This document shows positions 48,561 to 53,894 of a DNA stretch of 53,894 bases, in pieces; within the stretch, counting starts at the first letter, position 1; each line of letters begins with the position of its first letter. A program made the position numbers and the translations under genes. A model generated the notes under the pieces. It did no database searches. It worked only from the letters and a program-made list of their open reading frames with translations, and was not told the DNA's origin. The stretch lies in IMG/VR virus record IMGVR_UViG_3300010293_000478, positions 1 through 53,894 of that record, one strand, 5' to 3'. The stretch comes from a virus. Its lineage: Duplodnaviria > Caudoviricetes.

Positions 48561-48663
48561 GGTATTTGCCCGTGTAGCCGATAGCGCAGCTTGTTGGTTA
48601 ATTATTTGTAATCATTCATATGCCATTCGGTCAGGTGTATTTCAATTCTCACCTTAGTTTCTG

Positions 48664-48924
48664 CTACCATGATTCGCCAATGTATTTAAGTTCATAATGT
48701 TTAATCAAAAAATCAATGTTCTCTCTTTTCCACTTGTCCATTGACTTGCGACTATAAGGGTGTCCATCACCCTCATACCTGATTAGTGTGGCTTCGACTG
48801 TTTTAGGCATCACCTTTCTAACAGTTATTTGAATTGATTGTGGTGGCAATGGATTTTCCATTTCGTAGGTATAGTCATTGTAGTAGATGCCTACTTTCAA
48901 ATCTATTGCTATTACTGTTTCCAT
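48664..48924 (-). CDS. Hypothetical early protein
   Basis: ATG with an A-rich leader. Confidence 0.55.
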   Translation of the reverse strand: METVIAIDLKVGIYYNDYTYEMENPLPPQSIQITVRKVMPKTVEATLIRYEGDGHPYSRKSMDKWKRENIDFLIKHYELKYIGESW

Positions 48925-48948
48925 TTTGGTTGTTTTTAAGTGTGTTAA

Positions 48949-49137
48949 TTAATTTTTAATGATTGCTTTGATTTTGAGGTGCTTTAAAACCTCTTGTAAT
49001 TCAGCATTGGTGTACTTTTCAGCCACTTCCTTGCTGACGTTATTATGACAGACAGCTATATGAACCGCCCTTGCCTTCGTGATTGATGTTCTCCGTGGTT
49101 TCATGGTCATTAAATTTGCGATCTGACACCATTCCAA
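48949..49137 (-). CDS. Hypothetical early protein; true start probably MTMKPRR
   Basis: Short ORF coupled to the upstream stop. Confidence 0.45.
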   Translation of the reverse strand: MEWCQIANLMTMKPRRTSITKARAVHIAVCHNNVSKEVAEKYTNAELQEVLKHLKIKAIIKN

Positions 49138-49601
49138 TACATTTGGACATCATTTACATCACATAGAACTCGATCAGTTGCCCAACTTTCAAACGGGGCG
49201 GTTTCCCAATCCTCCGGGATTTCCTCCTCAAAAACTAACCGACCCCTGCTCGCTATTTTGAGCATGACCAATTCCTTTTCTTTCTCAGTTAATTCATAAT
49301 CCTCAAGTATAGAGGAGTCCGAAGCCCAACCACCTCCTGATAAAATTTTACCAACAAATTCTTCAACTCTTTCAAGATTAAAAGAACAAGCATCACCTGC
49401 CTCAACCACTGGAGCTGTGTATAGGGTGGTGTCAGATTCCTCCTCATAAAAGGATTTTAACAATACCTCTTTAGGAGTGTCAGGATCAGTACCTGATGTA
49501 ATAACAATTAAGTTAGATAAGGAGCTGTTGTGTGCCCGGGCAATTTCAGCTTCTGCCAAAATCTGCTCAAGTCTTTCAATAGAAATCTCAATACGATTCA
49601 T
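49110..49601 (-). CDS. Hypothetical acidic early protein
   Basis: Starts 27 nt after the hammerhead copy 3 cut site. Confidence 0.6.
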   Translation of the reverse strand: MNRIEISIERLEQILAEAEIARAHNSSLSNLIVITSGTDPDTPKEVLLKSFYEEESDTTLYTAPVVEAGDACSFNLERVEEFVGKILSGGGWASDSSILEDYELTEKEKELVMLKIASRGRLVFEEEIPEDWETAPFESWATDRVLCDVNDVQMYWNGVRSQI

Positions 49602-49623
49602 GACTTTTAATTTTTAGGATTTA

Positions 49624-49678
49624 ACACTGACCCGGTTTCCCGGGTTTCGTCTTAATTTTCAAAGACTCATCAGAGTGT
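49624..49678 (-). ncRNA. Type I hammerhead ribozyme (copy 3)
   Basis: Identical to copies 1 and 2; a UGA in the core is the stop codon of 49670..49987. Confidence 0.92.
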
Positions 49679-49987
49679 CTGATTATACGTGTGAGTATAT
49701 AAACCTTCCACGTACATAGTTATGCTCTTTCTTTTGTTTCTTACAGCCCATTGTAGGTGTTGGAGGGCTTTGTAAACTCTACCGGCGTATTCTGCCTTTT
49801 TTGTTTCTGGATTAACCCAAACAATATCCCCTCCATTCATTTGATGAATCCTATTCAAACCCAATGTATATCCTTCATTGAGTTTTTTAAGCACCTTCTG
49901 TTGTGGTTGAGTTAGTTTTTTATCGGCCTTTAATTCATTGGCGATTGAAATAAATTCGTTTAGGCTAATTCGGTCCTCTTTTTTCAT
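49670..49987 (-). CDS. Hypothetical basic early protein
   Basis: Flanked by hammerheads 4 and 3. Confidence 0.6.
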   Translation of the reverse strand: MKKEDRISLNEFISIANELKADKKLTQPQQKVLKKLNEGYTLGLNRIHQMNGGDIVWVNPETKKAEYAGRVYKALQHLQWAVRNKRKSITMYVEGLYTHTYNQTL

Positions 49988-50009
49988 GACTTTTAATTTT
50001 TAAGATTTA

Positions 50010-50062
50010 ACACTGACCAGCCGGTCAGGCTGGTTTCGCCTCATAAAGGCTCATCAGAGTGT
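50010..50062 (-). ncRNA. Type I hammerhead ribozyme (copy 4, covariant stems)
   Basis: ACACU-CUGAUGA-GCCU/AGGC-GAAA-CCAGCC/GGCUGG-UC-AGUGU. Confidence 0.92.
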
Positions 50063-50078
50063 TTTTAAAAAACGCAGA

Positions 50079-50321
50079 TTAATATTGTACGAAAATCAAA
50101 CGTTCCAGATATGGTGAACCGTTCGGTTTGAGCTGCTTGACCCACATATGGTTTGAGCCAAAACCCCAGATAAAATATTCTGCGCGCGCACATCCAAACT
50201 CACGTCTTAACTCTGTTTCATTGTTTGCCGATTGAATACTGTTCAATATGTACGCAAACTCAATCAACAACATTTGTTTTTCAGGGATGATTCTCAAATT
50301 ACTTTCAATTGTACATTTCAT
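50079..50321 (-). CDS. Hypothetical early protein
   Basis: Carries the same 27-nt leader as 49110..49601. Confidence 0.6.
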   Translation of the reverse strand: MKCTIESNLRIIPEKQMLLIEFAYILNSIQSANNETELRREFGCARAEYFIWGFGSNHMWVKQLKPNGSPYLERLIFVQY

Positions 50322-50354
50322 GACTTTTAATTTTTAGGATTTAACACTTTTTAA

Positions 50355-50770
50355 AAAACATCGTACTGTTCCGGGACTCGAACCCGGATGTCTGCCTGTA
50401 CAGTTTTGAGCTTAACTCAAAAATTCCGCATTCGTTCAAGACGACCGCGCAACGCCTCCCTTCTCCTGTATTTAGTCTATTCTCCCCTGACGGGTGTCAT
50501 TAACTTCAAAGGTCCCGGCATATTGCCCTTATTGGAATCCCGCTCAGTAACGTGGATATGAAGGAAACCAATCCCCCCACCCCAGTGTTTTCAGGCAACT
50601 GGGATCCTGCTGAGCCACCACCGATTTCGGACGAACCTACCCTTGCGCTCTACAACCTTAGTACGACTTTCTCCACAATCTCTCAGGGTTTCAAAAACCC
50701 CCTTTTTATACTAACCCTGTGGCTCTCAAGGGATTACCTACTTTTCAGTGCTTTCAAAGAACGACTTCCA
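50355..50770 (-). ncRNA. Candidate large structured non-coding RNA / leader ending in a tRNA-like T-arm
   Basis: No ORF of 60 aa or more on the coding strand, raised GC, several complementary segments, and CCGGG-TTCGAGT-CCCGG. Confidence 0.5.
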
Positions 50771-50774
50771 TGCC

Positions 50775-50808
50775 ATAAAGATACGGCAATAAATAAAGGA
50801 TCCTAATA
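50775..50808 (-). promoter_or_regulatory. Bacteroidota-type early promoter candidate, followed by boxA-like GTTCTTTGAAA
   Basis: TTAG-N19-TATCTTTA resembles the TTTG-N19-21-TAnnTTTG consensus, with one mismatch in each box. Confidence 0.5.
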
Positions 50809-50899
50809 TTTTTTGTAAAAATTTCCTAATTTATAATGATTATAAATAATACTACTTGAGAACCAAGTAGTTAGCTGAAAAAGGGAATGAAAAATATTT

Positions 50900-51475
50900 T
50901 TAGTATGTCCACACTTGGTACCCTACCTGAAAAAGGTGAGTTTCTCCGGTACCATAACCATACCTAAATGACCATTTCCTATACTTAATTGAGGTCTGTA
51001 GTCCGGAGCTGGTAAAACTTGCAGAATTGATATGAAAGAACCCAATATCCTGACTAATCACTTTATCCTTTGTCGGGTAAATGTAATTAGTTGTAATGAC
51101 TGTAGTAGGCTTCCTAATGGCAAAGGATGGAATAATGCTATCATACCTGTTACGGCTCAAGTAAAGGTCTATACTGGCGTATAATAAAGAATCGTCACGT
51201 AACACCAATCCTTTATATGTGACTGTAGCAAGGTAATCCCTAATAATTGCAGCAGAATCAACTTCCCGGGTTATTGTGTCATAAATAACCTGTATTGAAT
51301 CTTTTGTACTTGCAATTACCGGGGGTGCCGGTTTTGGTATGGAATCTCCCGGAATAATAATAGTGATAGGTTCTGTTATAGGTTCCGGGCAGGGTTTTCT
51401 TCTGCATTGCTCAGTGGCAATGATGAATGTCAAAACCGCTATTATTATCAAACAAATGTTTAGCAAGGTTTTCAT
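50900..51475 (-). CDS. Membrane-anchored lysis accessory protein (spanin-like)
   Basis: N-terminal transmembrane helix, Pro-rich linker, beta-rich C-terminus; follows the endolysin. Confidence 0.5.
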   Translation of the reverse strand: MKTLLNICLIIIAVLTFIIATEQCRRKPCPEPITEPITIIIPGDSIPKPAPPVIASTKDSIQVIYDTITREVDSAAIIRDYLATVTYKGLVLRDDSLLYASIDLYLSRNRYDSIIPSFAIRKPTTVITTNYIYPTKDKVISQDIGFFHINSASFTSSGLQTSIKYRKWSFRYGYGTGETHLFQVGYQVWTY

Positions 51476-51490
51476 TGTAACCCCTCCTTA

Positions 51491-51862
51491 TTAGTAAGTC
51501 CATATTACTTGTCCGGGTTTATCAGGGTCGTCATCCGCGTGGATAAACGTTTGGGCAATACCAATACGGGTAAATCCTACGGCAATCAGTGCTTGCACAA
51601 TTATCCATTTCTCTCCGGAACTGATTGCTTTTATATCCATCGCCCGGCATTTCTTTGTCGGCGTAAAAACATGACTACTTGTTCCCGGACGGCCTTGTTT
51701 CTTTTCGTGCTCCGGGGTTCGAGCTGCTGAGGTTGGGATGAATGGTATTCCGGCGACTTCCCGGGCAGCATTAAACTTTCTTAATGTTTCCGAATGGATG
51801 TCATCCTTACGACAAGGGGGTGTGGTTTTGTCAAAATCTGACTGTGAAAAATAGTCCTTCAT
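51491..51862 (-). CDS. Endolysin, peptidase M15-type
   Basis: SAAR, SSH...AMD and RIGIAQTFIHAD motifs. Confidence 0.85.
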   Translation of the reverse strand: MKDYFSQSDFDKTTPPCRKDDIHSETLRKFNAAREVAGIPFIPTSAARTPEHEKKQGRPGTSSHVFTPTKKCRAMDIKAISSGEKWIIVQALIAVGFTRIGIAQTFIHADDDPDKPGQVIWTY

Positions 51863-52356
51863 TGTTCGGTGTTTTTGGTTTCTTCAATGTCGAATTGTTT
51901 ATTAGCCTTTTTTTGAAAAATGGCTACGATTTTGTTGAAAATCGGGTTGTCGGTTATTTTACTGACATTGCTGGCAATGCTTGTCAGCTCAACAAGACAC
52001 ACCAACACCGCGGCAAGGTTTGTGATACTAAAAGTATTGATTGATTCGCTGGTGATTGGTGTTATTTTTAGTATGTAAAGATCGAAAGAGTAAAAGACTA
52101 TCAAAATTAAAACATAGAAAAACATTTTTTCCAATGTCTTTTTAAGTTTTGAACTCTCAATCACCTTTATTTTAGTCACGAAACCGCCCGGTTTCTGCTT
52201 CATTTGATAGTAAATGCTGGTGAGAGCATCAACTAATAACAATACAAGCACTACATGAATGATGCTTAACAAGGGCGCTAAAAACGCTACAACAATGGCA
52301 AATGTTTTGCTCCAACCGCTCAGGTTTTGGATGTTTGTCAGTAATCTAATCAACAT
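51859..52356 (-). CDS. Holin
   Basis: Three hydrophobic segments, SSKLKKT.EK and ELTSI motifs; overlaps the endolysin start. Confidence 0.75.
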   Translation of the reverse strand: MLIRLLTNIQNLSGWSKTFAIVVAFLAPLLSIIHVVLVLLLVDALTSIYYQMKQKPGGFVTKIKVIESSKLKKTLEKMFFYVLILIVFYSFDLYILKITPITSESINTFSITNLAAVLVCLVELTSIASNVSKITDNPIFNKIVAIFQKKANKQFDIEETKNTEQ

Positions 52357-52363
52357 AACTCTA

Positions 52364-52828
52364 CTATTTTAGGTTAAAAACTAAATAAGACGTAGTTATA
52401 AACAGGACAAATTTTAACATGAAATAAGCCCAGTTTTTAAGTTTCAGAGTATCTGTTTTTGCGACGGACCCTCTATACCAAAAGGACTTGCCGGCAAACC
52501 AATTCCAACAAGCATCAAACCACAGCCAGCGTAATGACATAGCCCATATTGGGAGTAAAACCAATAACAACCAATCAACCCCAAACATAGCATAAGTTAA
52601 GGCAACAACGACCATGCCCTTAATAAAGGCATCGAGGGCATGCCATTTTTGGCTGTAACTCTTTGCCAAACGGGTGAACCTTTCCCGGGATTCGTCGCTA
52701 ATATCAGAGCGCATGGAATTAGCGTAATAGCTGCGTTCTTTTAGAACCCACACATCATGTAGGGCGTCTGCCGCAAAATAAAGCAGCAGAAACCCAAACA
52801 ACAATAATAAAATCGTTAGTGGTATCAT
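52364..52828 (-). CDS. Multi-pass membrane protein
   Basis: Several hydrophobic segments; next to the holin. Confidence 0.55.
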   Translation of the reverse strand: MIPLTILLLLFGFLLLYFAADALHDVWVLKERSYYANSMRSDISDESRERFTRLAKSYSQKWHALDAFIKGMVVVALTYAMFGVDWLLLVLLPIWAMSLRWLWFDACWNWFAGKSFWYRGSVAKTDTLKLKNWAYFMLKFVLFITTSYLVFNLK

Positions 52829-53346
52829 TCTTTTGATTTGTTAAATTCTTCAATTAGAACCTCTCTAACCATAAACTCAATGGCGGTCATAGCGGTATCG
52901 GAAATATCCGCAGGCAGGTCTTCAAAATCGACCATGAAAACCGGGATTTCCTCCTCATAGTCTTCGTTCAGGAATTTGTCGTACTCTTCCATTTTCTCTT
53001 TGTATTCGGTAAGAGTTTCAGCAAACTTTTTGTCGAGGGTTTCTTTCTTTTTGATGAACTCCGGCGCGCTCACATCCACGTCATACATTTCAGCCGGCTG
53101 TCCGCCGGGACCGGAAACATGTTTTGTTTTGCCTTTGGAAAGCTCTTCGTAAAGTTTTTGGATTTCCTTTTGATACTCCTCGTACTTTTTGTGGGTTTCC
53201 GGCATTACCTTATCAAACATAAGTGTTTCGGCAATGCTTTGGAATTTACGCCTGTTTTTCTCTTTTGCGTAAGAAACACGGACGTTTCTAATGTCCATTG
53301 GCCTGCTCAATTGGTTGGCCTTAATGATTACTTCTTTTCTTTTCAT
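52825..53346 (-). CDS. Hypothetical coiled-coil protein
   Basis: Charged and helical; sits between tail and lysis genes. Confidence 0.55.
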   Translation of the reverse strand: MKRKEVIIKANQLSRPMDIRNVRVSYAKEKNRRKFQSIAETLMFDKVMPETHKKYEEYQKEIQKLYEELSKGKTKHVSGPGGQPAEMYDVDVSAPEFIKKKETLDKKFAETLTEYKEKMEEYDKFLNEDYEEEIPVFMVDFEDLPADISDTAMTAIEFMVREVLIEEFNKSKE

Positions 53347-53367
53347 TTGATTGTTTTGATTAAAGGT

Positions 53368-53739
53368 TTATAAATCATCCTCTGCGTCTGCAAAGAAATT
53401 GGTTTCAACTGTAGTGTTTTCCTGAGTAGTAATGAACTTGCCTTCATTTTCAGGGTCAGGAATCGTAACATGATTTACCTGTTCGACCGGTGCGGGGATC
53501 TTTATTTTCTCGTATAGTTCCTCGCGAGTAAGGTCAATTCCCTCTACCCACACTTCTTTTACTTCAAGGGTGTGGGATTCCCATTCGGGGGAACCTTTTA
53601 CGCTTTCATAGTGTTCCTTATTGAGGAATAACCCGATTGTTAGGTGGGTTCTGTTGGAAAACTTATCCTCGTAGCGTTTTAAGATTGTCCAGTAATTGGC
53701 CGGAAAACCTTTGTGTAATTTTTGTTTGATTAATGCCAT
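53368..53739 (-). CDS. Hypothetical tail-fibre-associated protein
   Basis: MALIK...ANYW...LYEKIK...FFADAED pattern; follows a probable tail gene. Confidence 0.5.
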   Translation of the reverse strand: MALIKQKLHKGFPANYWTILKRYEDKFSNRTHLTIGLFLNKEHYESVKGSPEWESHTLEVKEVWVEGIDLTREELYEKIKIPAPVEQVNHVTIPDPENEGKFITTQENTTVETNFFADAEDDL

Positions 53740-53743
53740 TAAT

Positions 53744-53894
53744 TTACCCTTTCAAGTTTAATGTTTGAATGTATTGTTTTCAGGCTGTTGCCTGAGTTTG
53801 CCCATCGTGCGTTTATTACTAAAGTGTTTGATTGAGTTGTGTCGATGTCAACTTCGCTTGTTAGTGTTAGGGGGATCATAATGGGATAACCCGA
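53744..53894 (-). CDS. C-terminal fragment of a probable tail protein
   Basis: Manual translation ...SEVDIDTTQSNTLVINARWANSGNSLKTIHSNINLKG*; open to the window edge. Confidence 0.45.

Noticed and set aside
46119-50062. Repeats as a CRISPR array or simple terminators
   Set aside because: The units are separated by whole genes, no cas genes are present, and the hammerhead core with covariation explains them better.
50552-50806. Plus-strand 84-aa ORF in the intergenic gap
   Set aside because: GTG start, opposite to all real genes, no recognisable motif; the region is better explained as structured RNA.
2608-53373. All plus-strand ORFs in the track
   Set aside because: Nearly all are antisense shadows of well-supported minus-strand genes or low-complexity mirrors of acidic repeats; none has a recognisable motif.

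Overview
The window is most of a tailed dsDNA phage genome with siphovirus-type gene order. Nearly all real genes are on the minus strand and no integrase is visible. A Bacteroidota host is suggested, but not proven, by A/T-rich leaders, a TAnnTTT-type promoter and an attC-like hairpin. In transcription order (right to left) it holds: a tail gene end and lysis module; a ~430-nt structured non-coding leader; an early region cut by four type I hammerhead ribozymes; a SNF2 helicase and sigma-like factor; primase, DenV-like glycosylase, a replication initiator with internal iterons, and a DnaB helicase; a 7-deazaguanine DNA-modification cluster (QueD, QueE, HAD, two QueC, FolE, DpdA/TGT and a mini-DpdA fragment); a sliding clamp, a split UDG-exonuclease/PolA, a clamp loader, UvsY/SSB/RecA/RuvC and split SbcC with SbcD; one tRNA and two tRNA-like genes; terminases, portal, MuF-metallopeptidase, protease/scaffold and capsid; a glycosyltransferase-methyltransferase-sulfotransferase trio inside the head-neck operon; tail genes with a -1 frameshift; and an attC-like hairpin leading into a truncated DNA methyltransferase. 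All calls come from reading motifs by eye; no database searches or folding programs were run.
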